Shown here: positions 47,731-57,286 of the stretch, piece by piece
Position numbering within the stretch: position 1 is the first letter of the stretch
Layout: every line of letters begins with the position of its first letter
Origin: an uncultured Dehalococcoidia bacterium
GTDB taxonomy: Bacteria > Chloroflexota > Dehalococcoidia > Bin125
Length of the DNA stretch: 64,000 bases
Assembly: GCA_958295515.1 (NCBI GenBank)
Contig: CATQGW010000001.1
Span: 580,923 to 644,922 of the forward strand
Direction of reading: 5' to 3'
Position numbers and translations under genes: made by a program
The notes under the pieces: generated by a model
What the model was told of the DNA's origin: nothing
Databases searched by the model: none
The model's input: only the letters and a program-made list of their open reading frames with translations

Positions 47731-49965
47731 ATGACTGATGCGGACCGCTGGCCGCAGATCGACGACGAGACGCTGGCGCAGATCGCGCTTAGCCGCGATG
47801 AGTACATCCGCGCCTGCGAGCTGCTCGACCGCGCACCGACCGATGTCGAGCTGGGGATGATCGGCGCGCTCTGGAGCGAGCACTGCGGCTATAAACACAC
47901 GCGCCCGCTCTTCCACCACTTCCCGACCGAGGGCGAGCGCATCCTCACCGCGTTGGGCGATGAGAACGCGGGCGCGATCGACATCGGCGGCGGCTGGGTC
48001 GCGGTGATGAAGATCGAGTCGCACAATCACCCCAGCGCGATTGAGCCGTACGAGGGCGCGGCGACCGGCGTGGGCGGGATCGTGCGCGACATCTTCGCGA
48101 TGGGCGCGCAGCCCGTCGCGCTGCTGGATTCGCTGCGCTTCGGTCCGCTCGACGACGCGCGGAATCGACGGCTCTGCGTGGGCGTCGTCGCCGGCATCGG
48201 CGGCTATGGCAACTGCCTCGGCATCCCCACTGTCGGCGGCGAACTCGTCGTCGCCCCCGAATACGCCGGCAATCCGCTGGTCAACGCGATGTGCCTCGGC
48301 GTAGCGCGTCGCGAACAGCTGATATCAGCCACCGCCGGTCCCGCCGGCAGCAAGCTGATGCTGGTCGGCGCGGACACCGGGCGCGATGGTCTGCACGGCG
48401 CAACGTTCGCCAGCGTCGAACTGGACGAGTCCAGCGCCGAGCGGCGCCCCGCCGTGCAGGTCGGCAACCCCTTCCTCGAAAAGCTGCTGATGGACGCCTG
48501 CGTTGGCCTCGTCCGCGAGCACCGCGACTGGCTCGAGGGTCTACAGGACTGCGGCGCGGCCGGCCTGACCAGCTCGACCGTCGAGATGGCCGAGCGCGCC
48601 AGCGCGGGCATCATCATCCACACCGAGCGCGTCCCACGCCGCGAGCGCGGCATGACCCCCTACGAGGTGATGCTCTCCGAATCCCAGGAGCGCATGGTCG
48701 TCTCCGTCAAACCCGATCACGTGGAGGATGTCGCGGCCTGGTTCGCGCAATGGGAACTCGATGCAACCGTGATCGGCGAGGTCACGTCCGACGGGCTCGC
48801 CCGCGTAATGGATCACGATGTCAAAGTCGCTGCCGCGCCTGTTCGCATGCTGACTGACGCGCCAACCTACGAACCTGCATCGGCGCGCGACCCCGATGCC
48901 GCTGCGCGCGTGGCGTTCGATCCAGCAACCCTCCCCGACCTCGCGCCCGCCGCCGCGAACGCCGCGCTGCTGGAGCTGCTCGCCTCGCCCAACATCGCTT
49001 CCAAGCGCTGGGTTTGGCGGCAGTACGACCACCAGGTCGGCACAAACACCGTCGTGACGCCCGGCGCGGACGCGGCGGTGCTGCGCATCCGCGGCGTTGA
49101 GCAGGCGTTGGCTGTCTGCACCGACGGCCCTGGCCGCGCGGTCGAGTTGGACCCATGGGCCGGCGCTGTGCGCGCCGTCGCGGAGGCGGCGCGCAATGTC
49201 GGCTGCGTTGGTGCGCGACCAATCGCCGTCACCGACTGCCTCAACTTCGCCAACCCCGAGCGCCCCGCCATCTATCACCAGCTGCGCGAGTCCATTCGCG
49301 GCATGGCCGACGCCTGCCGCGCCTTTGACGCGCCCGTGGTCAGCGGCAACGCATCGCTGTACAACGAGTCCGACGACGGCCCCGTGCTGCCCACGCCCGT
49401 GGTGGGGATGCTCGGCCTGCTTGCGCGCCCCGAGCTGGCCGTCCGTTCCGCCTTCCGCAACGAGGGCGATGTAGTGCTGCTGCTCGGCGCAGGCCTGCCG
49501 CAGCCCGCGTCGTCGCTGGGCGCGAGCGAGTACCTCGCCGTTCAGCACGGGCTGAGCGCAGGGCCTGTTGACGTGGATCTGGAGGCCGAGCGGGCGATCG
49601 TGAATTGTCTCGTGGATGCGGTCGAAACCGAGCTGCTGCAGTCGGCGCACGATTGCAGCGACGGCGGCCTCGCCGTCGCGCTCGCCGAGTCCGCCATCGG
49701 CGGCGGGGTTGGCGTCCATGTTCGCGGCGACGTCGGCGAGCGTCTGGACGCCGCCCTCTTCGGCGAAGCCGGCGCGCGAGCAGTGGTCAGCGCGTCGCGC
49801 GATGTCGTCGCCGAACTCAGCGCTCTCGCCGAGAAACACGGCGTACCGTGTACCGAAATCGGGGTGGTCGGCAGCGACCGTCTGATCATCGCGGACGTGA
49901 TCAACGTCACCCTCGCCGAAGCATCCGACGCCTGGGAGAACACGCTCCCCAAGCTGCTCGATTGA
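47731..49965 (+). CDS. purL: phosphoribosylformylglycinamidine synthase subunit PurL
   Basis: …LWSEHCGYKHT… and …ESHNHPSAIEPYEGAATGVGGIVRD… (PurL signatures). ATG at 47731. Confidence 0.9.
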   Translation: MTDADRWPQIDDETLAQIALSRDEYIRACELLDRAPTDVELGMIGALWSEHCGYKHTRPLFHHFPTEGERILTALGDENAGAIDIGGGWVAVMKIESHNHPSAIEPYEGAATGVGGIVRDIFAMGAQPVALLDSLRFGPLDDARNRRLCVGVVAGIGGYGNCLGIPTVGGELVVAPEYAGNPLVNAMCLGVARREQLISATAGPAGSKLMLVGADTGRDGLHGATFASVELDESSAERRPAVQVGNPFLEKLLMDACVGLVREHRDWLEGLQDCGAAGLTSSTVEMAERASAGIIIHTERVPRRERGMTPYEVMLSESQERMVVSVKPDHVEDVAAWFAQWELDATVIGEVTSDGLARVMDHDVKVAAAPVRMLTDAPTYEPASARDPDAAARVAFDPATLPDLAPAAANAALLELLASPNIASKRWVWRQYDHQVGTNTVVTPGADAAVLRIRGVEQALAVCTDGPGRAVELDPWAGAVRAVAEAARNVGCVGARPIAVTDCLNFANPERPAIYHQLRESIRGMADACRAFDAPVVSGNASLYNESDDGPVLPTPVVGMLGLLARPELAVRSAFRNEGDVVLLLGAGLPQPASSLGASEYLAVQHGLSAGPVDVDLEAERAIVNCLVDAVETELLQSAHDCSDGGLAVALAESAIGGGVGVHVRGDVGERLDAALFGEAGARAVVSASRDVVAELSALAEKHGVPCTEIGVVGSDRLIIADVINVTLAEASDAWENTLPKLLD

Positions 49966-50023
49966 CATCTGCGCTTCGCCTGTCCCGCTACGATGACCTC
50001 AACCGAGCGCGAGAGGATCCGAG

Positions 50024-50425
50024 ATGGTCGCCGAAGATCAGATGACGCGCGAACAACTGCGCGAAATCGACCGCCAGCAGCGCATCGACAGGGCGCTCGC
50101 CGCCGGCAATCACAAGTTCGCCGAGTGGATCCGGACGATGGAGTACGACGACGATTCGACCCCCGAGGAGGACGCCGAAGACGCCCGCATCTCCGCCGAG
50201 CGAGTCGCCCAAGGTAAATTCACCACGCTCGAGGAGTTCGAGCGCCAGATGGACGAGGAGTTTCCCGAAGACGCCGAGTTCTTCCGCCGCTTGGACGAGG
50301 AGTTTGCCGGTTGGGAGCAGTACGTGTACAACACCTCGCCCGACTCACCGGATGGCGTTGCGTTTTTTCGCCGACTCCGGGCGGAGTTCCCCGACGCGCT
50401 CCACCTCTTCCCCTCGCACCGCTAA
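50024..50425 (+). CDS. acidic hypothetical protein, candidate antitoxin
   Basis: 133 aa, highly acidic, internal repeat (…EFPEDAEFFRRLDEEF… and …GVAFFRRLRAEFPD…). Stop 4 bp before the RelE/ParE-like ORF. Confidence 0.4.
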   Translation: MVAEDQMTREQLREIDRQQRIDRALAAGNHKFAEWIRTMEYDDDSTPEEDAEDARISAERVAQGKFTTLEEFERQMDEEFPEDAEFFRRLDEEFAGWEQYVYNTSPDSPDGVAFFRRLRAEFPDALHLFPSHR

Positions 50426-50429
50426 CCCC

Positions 50430-50723
50430 GTGCCCTTGCCCTATCGCGTCATCCTCACCGACGAGGCGAAAGAGGAGCGTCGGGCGCTGAGCCCGCGGCC
50501 CCGGCGCGACGTGAAGTTCGAGCTTCGTAAGCTGAGCGAGGGCACGGAGCGTCCGAATGTGGTGCCGCTCGAGGGCATCCCCGACACTTGGCGCGTCCGC
50601 GTTAACAGGCTTCGCATCATCTTCGAGCTGGAGGAAGCCGAGCGCATCATCCGCGTCACCCGCATCCGCCCACGCAAAACCGCCTACGAGGGAATCGAGC
50701 GCCCGCCGCGAGGCGGCCGATAG
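50430..50723 (+). CDS. RelE/ParE-family toxin-like protein
   Basis: GTG start. YRVILTDEAKEE…L…KL…G…WRVRVNRLRIIFELEEAERIIRVTRIRPRKTAY matches the RelE/ParE fold pattern (Y-v-…-yRi.y.v.…-v.ri.hRk..Y). Confidence 0.55.
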   Translation: MPLPYRVILTDEAKEERRALSPRPRRDVKFELRKLSEGTERPNVVPLEGIPDTWRVRVNRLRIIFELEEAERIIRVTRIRPRKTAYEGIERPPRGGR

Positions 50724-50728
50724 CTTCT

Positions 50729-51952
50729 CTAGTCCCCCGCGGCGGCGGAGTCTGCTCGCCTGACGGCTGTGACGCCGGCGTCGTGGAAGCGCTCGATGTC
50801 GCTCCAGTCGTAACCGAGATCGAGTAGCACTTGCTCCGTGTTTTGGCCCAGCTCGGGAGCGGCGGACTGCACTTTGGTCGCCGTTTCTGAGAATGAGACC
50901 GGTACGCCTACCACGCGGTGCTGATCGAAGTGGGCGTGCGGCACTTCCTGGAGGTACCCGTTGATCCAGAAGTGTTCGTCCGCAGCGACCTGCGCGTAGT
51001 CGTAGACAGGGCCGCAAGGGATGCGTCCGGCGACCAGCCGCTCCAGCCATTCGTCGCGCGTGCGCGTGCGGAAAATCTGCTCCAACTCGCTGCGCAGCCA
51101 CTCTTCGTTATCGCGCCGCGTGAACGGATCGACGGTACGTTCGTCGGCCATCAGGTCAGGGCGGCCGATGGCCTCGCAGAGCGCCGGCCAGGACTTGGGA
51201 TCGAGCAGACCCATCGTGAACCATTCGCCGTCGCCGGCCTGATACCAGGCGAACGTGGCGCTGAACGCGCGGCCCGGCTTGAGCACCGGCTGCACGTTGC
51301 TGTGCAGGAAGGCCTGTAGCGAGAGCACCTGCAGGGTCAGCATCGCGCCCAGCTGCGAGACATCGATCTTCTGTCCCACGCCGTGCTGCGCGCGGGCGAA
51401 CAGCGCGGTCATGATGCCGTAGGCGAAGACGATTGAGCCGGTTTGGTCCGCCAATCCCCAGGGCGCGGTGAAGGGCCGCTCGCCCGGGCCGCCGCCAAGC
51501 GCAACCATCGCGCCCGACATGCCCTGCGCGACGACATCGAACGATCCCCGCGTGGCCCAGTCGCCGTTGGGTCCGAAACCGGAGTTGGTCGCGTAGATCA
51601 GCTGCGGGTTGATCTTGCGCAGGTCCTCGTACCCCAGCCCGATCGAGTCGAGGTAGCCGGGGCGGAAGTTCTCGGCCAGCACATCGGCTTCTTCGACCAG
51701 CTTGTAGACCACCTCGAGCGCGCCCTCGGCGCGCAGATCGAGGGTCATGCTGCGCTTGCCGCGGTTGAGGCTCTCGAAGTAGGAGCAGAAGCCGTCGGCG
51801 CCGACGCCCAGCTGGCGGCCGGGATCGCCGTTGCCGGGCATCTCCACCTTCAGCACATCCGCGCCCATGTCGGCGAGCATCGCCGTGGCGTGCGGACCGT
51901 TCTGGTAGCGGGTGAAATCGACGACCTTGATTCCCTCAAGCGGCGCGGGCAT
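50729..51952 (-). CDS. CoA transferase, family III (CaiB/BaiF)
   Basis: MPAPLEGIKVVDFTRYQNGPHATAMLADMGADVLKVE… at the N-terminus. Confidence 0.85.
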   Translation of the reverse strand: MPAPLEGIKVVDFTRYQNGPHATAMLADMGADVLKVEMPGNGDPGRQLGVGADGFCSYFESLNRGKRSMTLDLRAEGALEVVYKLVEEADVLAENFRPGYLDSIGLGYEDLRKINPQLIYATNSGFGPNGDWATRGSFDVVAQGMSGAMVALGGGPGERPFTAPWGLADQTGSIVFAYGIMTALFARAQHGVGQKIDVSQLGAMLTLQVLSLQAFLHSNVQPVLKPGRAFSATFAWYQAGDGEWFTMGLLDPKSWPALCEAIGRPDLMADERTVDPFTRRDNEEWLRSELEQIFRTRTRDEWLERLVAGRIPCGPVYDYAQVAADEHFWINGYLQEVPHAHFDQHRVVGVPVSFSETATKVQSAAPELGQNTEQVLLDLGYDWSDIERFHDAGVTAVRRADSAAAGD

Positions 51953-52065
51953 AGCGGACCCTCTCTGCTGGCTGGCGTGCGTGTGCAACCTCAGGATATC
52001 CAATGCCGCGTCGGCTCTGTCGGCAGCGATGCGCTGTGCCTGTGATCGCCCGCTACGATCCGCGC

Positions 52066-52758
52066 ATGGTTGCGCAGGTCTTCGCGACGCCCGACGCGGC
52101 GGTGGCCGGGATTGGAGACGGCGCGACCGTGATGGTCGGCGGCTTCATCTCGGCCGGCTCGCCCTCGAACCTGATTCGCGCGCTGGTGCGCAGCGGCCCG
52201 ACCGGGCTCACCGCCGTCGCCAACAACATCGGGCTCGGCGACCTGCTCGACGAGCTCTGCGAGCATCGCCAGCTGGCGCGCGTGATCGCCACGTTCGCGA
52301 TTCGCGCCTCCGGCGGGCGCACGAGCCGCTTCGAGCAGCAGTACCGCGCCGGCGAAGTGGAGCTGGAGCTGGTTCCGCAAGGGACGCTGATCGAGCGCAT
52401 CCGCGCGGGCGGGGCGGGACTCGGCGGCGTGCTCACGCGCACCGGTCTCGGCACGATTGTCGCGGAGGACAAACGGATCATTGAGATCGACGGCGAACAG
52501 TGGCTGCTCGAACGCCCGCTGCGCGCGGATGTTGCGCTGCTCAAGGCGTCCCGCGCCGACACCCTGGGCAATCTCGAATATCGCCTCGCCGGGATCAATT
52601 TCAACCCGGTCATGGCCACCGCAGCGGACCTGGTGATTGCCGAAGTTGAGGAGATCGTCGAAGCGGGCGAGATCACGCCGGAGCGGGTGGGCACGCCGGC
52701 CGTGTTCGTGGACCGAATCGTGGCCTGCCCGCCGATTCCGGTGCGCTGGGAGGGTTGA
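52066..52758 (+). CDS. 3-oxoacid CoA-transferase subunit A
   Basis: …IGDGATVMVGGF…G.P (ScoA/AtoD N-terminal motif). ATG at 52066. Confidence 0.8.
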   Translation: MVAQVFATPDAAVAGIGDGATVMVGGFISAGSPSNLIRALVRSGPTGLTAVANNIGLGDLLDELCEHRQLARVIATFAIRASGGRTSRFEQQYRAGEVELELVPQGTLIERIRAGGAGLGGVLTRTGLGTIVAEDKRIIEIDGEQWLLERPLRADVALLKASRADTLGNLEYRLAGINFNPVMATAADLVIAEVEEIVEAGEITPERVGTPAVFVDRIVACPPIPVRWEG

Positions 52759-52759
52759 G

Positions 52760-53416
52760 ATGCCGGCACTGACCCGCGAACTGATCGCGCTCCGCGTCGC
52801 CCGCGAGCTCGAGCCGCGCACGGTGGTCAACCTGGGCATCGGGCTGCCCACGCTCGTCGCCGGCTTCGTCGATCCCGCCGACCAGATCCTCTTTCAGGCC
52901 GAAAACGGCATCCTCGGCTACGCGGGCGTGAGCGACGCCGACTACGACCCCGATCTGATCAACGCCGGCGGCCAGCCGGTCGATCTCGTGCCGGGTGCGA
53001 GCTTTTTCGACACCGCGACTTCGTTCGCCATGATTCGTGGCGGTCACGTTGATGTCGCGGTGCTCGGCGGCCTGCAGGTCTCGGCGCACGGCGATCTGGC
53101 GAACTGGTTCGTGCCTGAGCGGGGCGGCGGCAGCGTGGGCGGCGCGATGGACCTCGCGGTCGGCGCGCGCAAGTTGATCGTGGCGATGGCACACGTCACC
53201 CGCGACGGCGCGTCGCGCATCGTCGCCGAGTGCGATTACCCGCTCACTGCCGCGCGCTGCGTCGATGTGATCATCACCGACCTCGCCGTAATCGATGTCA
53301 GCGCCAACGGGCTGACGCTGCGCGAAACCGCGCCCGGCGTCAGCGCCGATGAGATCGTGGCAGCCACCGGCGCACCGCTCGCGGTCCCCGCCGATATCCC
53401 CGAAATGCGGCTGTGA
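52760..53416 (+). CDS. 3-oxoacid CoA-transferase subunit B
   Basis: …VVNLGIGLPTLVA… and catalytic Glu region …GAMDLAVGARK… (ScoB/AtoA). Confidence 0.8.
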   Translation: MPALTRELIALRVARELEPRTVVNLGIGLPTLVAGFVDPADQILFQAENGILGYAGVSDADYDPDLINAGGQPVDLVPGASFFDTATSFAMIRGGHVDVAVLGGLQVSAHGDLANWFVPERGGGSVGGAMDLAVGARKLIVAMAHVTRDGASRIVAECDYPLTAARCVDVIITDLAVIDVSANGLTLRETAPGVSADEIVAATGAPLAVPADIPEMRL

Positions 53417-53450
53417 GCTATCCTGTGATGCGCAACGGAAAGTCGGCGCG

Positions 53451-53993
53451 ATGCGCGGTGTGCTCAAAGTCATCAGTCGTGGTGCCCAGGTCGTCGCTCG
53501 CGGCCCGGTCACCGTCCACTACCCCTACGAGAAGAAGCAGCTGCCGAAGCGCGCGCGCACCTTCCCTTACCTGATCTGGCACCACGACCTCAACGAGCCC
53601 AACTGCACCGGCTGCGGCAAGTGCGCCGCCGCCTGCCCGGTCGACTGCATGAGCACCACGCTGACCAAGAACCCCGCCCACGCGGCCGGCACCAGCAACC
53701 ACAAGTCGGTGATCAAGGATTTCTACATCGACTTCGGGCGCTGCATGCGCTGCAACATCTGCGTGGAGGTTTGCCCGTTCGACGCGATCGCGATGCTGCC
53801 GCTCTGGGAGGGCCACGAGCAGACCAAGTACGACCGCCGCGAGCTGGTGATGGACCTCGACGACCTGCTCGCGCCCAGCCGCGCCGATGTCGAGCTGCCC
53901 TTCTGGATCCCCGAAACGATCCTCGAGAAGACCGAGAAGGAGCGCGTCAACCGCGCCGAGTTCGCGCGTCAGCTGGCCGGCGGCGGCGACTGA
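53451..53993 (+). CDS. NuoI-like 2x[4Fe-4S] ferredoxin-type protein
   Basis: …VTVHYPYEKK…R…CTGCGKCAAACPVDC…CMRCNICVEVCP…, two CxxCxxCxxxCP clusters with the NuoI-type N-terminus. No other nuo genes adjacent. Confidence 0.7.
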   Translation: MRGVLKVISRGAQVVARGPVTVHYPYEKKQLPKRARTFPYLIWHHDLNEPNCTGCGKCAAACPVDCMSTTLTKNPAHAAGTSNHKSVIKDFYIDFGRCMRCNICVEVCPFDAIAMLPLWEGHEQTKYDRRELVMDLDDLLAPSRADVELPFWIPETILEKTEKERVNRAEFARQLAGGGD

Positions 53994-54022
53994 GGCCGCA
54001 TCCCCTCCCGCCGCACGCGCGC

Positions 54023-54925
54023 CTAGACTTGCTCGCCCTGGGCGCGGCGGCTGACCAGATCCTCGAAATCGATCTCGATCGGGGTCTCGCGGGCGACGAT
54101 CTGTTCGACGCGGTTGCGCACCACATCGTCCCAGCCGGCGTGAGGGAGGATGTAGCAGCGTTCTTCGACGATCGAGTTGAAGACCAGCTCCGCCACATCG
54201 TCGGGATCCATCCCGCCGCCCAGAATCGCTGCGACCGCCTGCGTCTGCTCATCCGACATCTCGGTGAGCTTCTCGCCGAACTCGGCCGGGCGGTTGCGCT
54301 CGGCCTCCGCGATCTTGGTATTGACGAAGCCGGGGCAGAGCACCGACGCGCCGATCTTCGAGTTGAGCAGCTTGAGCTGGCCGTGCAGTCCCTCGGTCAG
54401 CGTGAGCACGCCGTGCTTGCTCACGCTGTAGGCGCTGCCGCCGGGGATCAGGCCGGCGACCGAGGCGGTATTGACGATGTGCCCCTCCTCACCGTGTCCG
54501 TGCATGTGCGGCATGAACACCTGTAGGCCGTAGAGCACGCCCCAGAAGTTGACGCCCATCACCCAGTCCCAGGTGCTGTCGGGCACCTCCCAGACGGTGC
54601 GCAGGCCGTTGCCTGCGCCCAGCCCCGCGTCTTCGCGGCTGGTCACGCCGGCGTTGTTGCAGAGGATGTGGATGTTGCCGAACTCGGCGATGGTGCGGTC
54701 GCGCAAGTCTTCCAGCGCTTCGCGGCGCATCGTGTTGACGGTCACGCCGAGCACGTTGCGCTCCTCCTGCTGAAGCTGCTGCACCTGCACATCAAGCGCG
54801 TCCTGCTCGATGTCGGCCAGCACGACATTCATGCCTTCGGCGGCGAAGCGGCGCGCGAAGGCCAAGCCCATGCCCGACGCCGCGCCCGTGACCACCGCCG
54901 TCTTACCCGAGAACTCACGCATCAT
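54023..54925 (-). CDS. SDR family oxidoreductase
   Basis: TGAASGMG Rossmann, NNAG, and the YSVSKHG catalytic Y-x3-K. Confidence 0.8.
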   Translation of the reverse strand: MMREFSGKTAVVTGAASGMGLAFARRFAAEGMNVVLADIEQDALDVQVQQLQQEERNVLGVTVNTMRREALEDLRDRTIAEFGNIHILCNNAGVTSREDAGLGAGNGLRTVWEVPDSTWDWVMGVNFWGVLYGLQVFMPHMHGHGEEGHIVNTASVAGLIPGGSAYSVSKHGVLTLTEGLHGQLKLLNSKIGASVLCPGFVNTKIAEAERNRPAEFGEKLTEMSDEQTQAVAAILGGGMDPDDVAELVFNSIVEERCYILPHAGWDDVVRNRVEQIVARETPIEIDFEDLVSRRAQGEQV

Positions 54926-55014
54926 TCTGCTCCTTCCAGCAGTTCTGGTCATCCTGATGATACGTTCCCGCCACGCCCGTTTGGCTCCCCCTGGCAGAAA
55001 CCTTTGCGTAAGTC

Positions 55015-55240
55015 CCGCTCGTCATTCCAGACTCGACTCCTCGTCATTCGCGGCGCGACCTCTCGTCATTCCTGGCTTGACCAGGAATCCCGCCGTGTCG
55101 CTGGCATCCTGTCCGGGCACGGCGAGATTCCCGCGTTCGCGGGAATGACGGAGTATTCGCGGGAATGACGGAGTATTCGTGGGAATGACGGAGCGTTCGT
55201 GGGAATGACGGAGCATTCGCGGGAATGACGGATTCGGGGG
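55015..55240. repeat. tandem/inverted short-repeat array with GGAATGACG core
   Basis: Five abutting 20-bp direct repeats (GCGGGAATGACGGAGTATTC and variants) at 55139-55238. Three inverted-orientation copies (CGTCATTCC…) at ~55021-55090 with 22-bp phasing. Embedded palindromes ATTCCTGG-N5-CCAGGAAT and TTCCCGCG-TT-CGCGGGAA. Confidence 0.85.
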
Positions 55241-55305
55241 GGTGCCAGGGTTACGCAACAGGCTCGTCAAGGGGCAGCAGGAAGGGTCTCCGGGGTCGGT
55301 CGCCC

Positions 55306-56210
55306 CTACACCAGCTCCCCGGCCGCCCGACGACGCATCATCTCCTCCAAATCCAGCTCGATCCGCAGCGGCGCGCCGCGCGCCAGCACCTGCTCCGTGC
55401 GGCCTCGCACGATCTCGTCCAGCCCCGTATGGGGCAGGACGTAGCAGCGTTGTTCGACAATCGCCTCCAGCACCAACTCCGCCACATCCTCCGGCGACAT
55501 CGCACCCGAGAACGCCGCCGACAGCATCGTCCGCTGCTCCTCGCCCAGCTCCAGCGCCGCGCCGAACTCATCGGGGCGGTTGCGCTCCGCCTCCATAATC
55601 TTGGTCTGCACCACGCCGGGACAGAGCGCCGAAGCGCTCAGCTTTGAGCCGCGCGCTTCCAGGTCCTGGTAAAGATTCTCGGTCAGTGCCAGAACTGCAT
55701 GCTTGGAAACGCCGTAAGCGCCGCCGCCCGGCATCAGCCCGGCCAGCGAGGCCGTGTTGACGATGTGCCCCTCCTCGCCGTGCGCCAGCATGTGCGGCAC
55801 GAACGCTTGCAGCCCATACAGGACGCCGCGAAAGTTCACGCCCATCACCCAGTCCCATGTGCTGTCGGGAATCTCCCAGACCCCGCGCTACCCGGCCGGC
55901 AGCCCCATCGTGTCTTCGAGGCTGGCCACCCCTGCGTTGTTGCAAAGGATGTGGATGTTGCCGAAGCGCTCGATCGTGCGCTCGCGCAGGTCTTCCAGCG
56001 TTTCGCGGCGCATCGTGTTCACGATCACCCCGAGCACGTTGCGCTCCTCCTGCTGGAGCTGCTGCACCTGCGCGTCGAGCGCCTCCTGCTCGATATCGGC
56101 CAGCACCACGTTCATCCCCTCCGCCGCAAAGCGGCGGGCGAAGGCCAATCCCATACCCGAAGCCGCCCCCGTCACCACCGCCGTCTTGCCTGAGAACTCG
56201 CGCATCATTC
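55306..56210 (-). pseudogene. SDR family oxidoreductase paralog interrupted by in-frame TAG
   Basis: N-terminal (MMREFSGKTAVVTGAASGMG…NNAGVASLEDTMGLPAG) and C-terminal (…WDWVMGVNFRGVLYGLQ…) parts are in the same frame, separated by an amber codon near 55880. Otherwise highly similar to 54023-54925. Confidence 0.5.
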
Positions 56211-56381
56211 CGCTCCCCTCATCTGTTCGACGCTGGGCCGAATGATAGAAACTCCCACGCGCCAGAGAATTCCCCTCTCCCCCCTCACAAAGGGGGGATG
56301 CAGAGGCAGCCTTGCCCCACGCACACGGGGAAGGGTTCGGCTGCCGTCGCGCGGGGATGGAGATCGTGCAGAGGACCCCGC

Positions 56382-57176
56382 TTACGCGTTGTCGAAGCGC
56401 GCCTCGAGGATGTTGAAGCCGGGCGGCAGCTCGTTGACCGTGATTCCGCCGTCGGCGTAGAAGGCCTGGCCGGAGACCCACTCACTGGCGTCACCGGCCA
56501 GGTAGAGCGCGAGCTGCGCGATGTCCTCCGGCTCGCCCAGCCGGCCTAGCGGCGTCGCGCCGATCATCGCTTCGTCGAAGCCCGGCACGTTCCGCGCCCG
56601 CGCCGTCAGCGGAGTCTTGGTGTGCCCCGGGCCGATCGCATTGACGCGGATGCCGTGCTGGCCCAACTCCAGCGCCGATACCTTCGTCAGCATCACCACC
56701 CCGGCCTTCGCCGCGCAGTATGCCGACAGCCCCGCCGTGGCCTGCGTGGCGTTGATGCTGGCGGTGTTGATCAGCGAGCCGCCCTCGCCTTGCGCGATCA
56801 GCTGCTTGGCTTCGTGCTTGAGGCAGAGGAACACGCCCAGCAGGCAGACATCGATCACCCGCCGGAAGGCGGCCAGCGGGTAGTCCTGAATTGCGGCGTT
56901 CCCGGCGATGCCGGCGTTGTTGAAGGCGATGTCGAGCCTGCCGAAGCGTTCAACGCAGGCGGCGACCACCGCCGCGACATCCTCCTCGTTGGTCACGTCC
57001 GCGGTGATCGAGAAGGCGTTGCCGCCGATCTCGCGCGCCGCCTCAGCCGCGCCGTCGGCGTCGCGGTCGACCACCGCGACTCGCGCGCCCTCCGCTGCGA
57101 ACAGCTGCGCCGAGGCCAGCCCGATTCCCGAGGCCGCGCCCGTCACCAGCGCCGCCTTGCCGTCCAGTGCTCCCAT
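56382..57176 (-). CDS. SDR family oxidoreductase (FabG-like)
   Basis: GKAALVTGAASGIG, NNAGI, Y-x3-K (YCAAKAG). Confidence 0.8.
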   Translation of the reverse strand: MGALDGKAALVTGAASGIGLASAQLFAAEGARVAVVDRDADGAAEAAREIGGNAFSITADVTNEEDVAAVVAACVERFGRLDIAFNNAGIAGNAAIQDYPLAAFRRVIDVCLLGVFLCLKHEAKQLIAQGEGGSLINTASINATQATAGLSAYCAAKAGVVMLTKVSALELGQHGIRVNAIGPGHTKTPLTARARNVPGFDEAMIGATPLGRLGEPEDIAQLALYLAGDASEWVSGQAFYADGGITVNELPPGFNILEARFDNA

Positions 57177-57286
57177 AATCCGCTCCTCTCAGCTGCGCCG
57201 CTATGTCGGCTGTTTCACGTCCGCTCACACTCCACGCTCCGCCGTTTCCTACAGTGTCGCTATTGACCGCAACGGAGGAGCGAACT

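Noticed and set aside
48541-49968. 475-aa minus-strand ORF over purL
   Set aside because: Antisense shadow of purL.
55139-55238. Possible CRISPR array
   Set aside because: The 20-bp repeats abut directly with no unique spacers. No cas genes nearby. Repeat length is too short.
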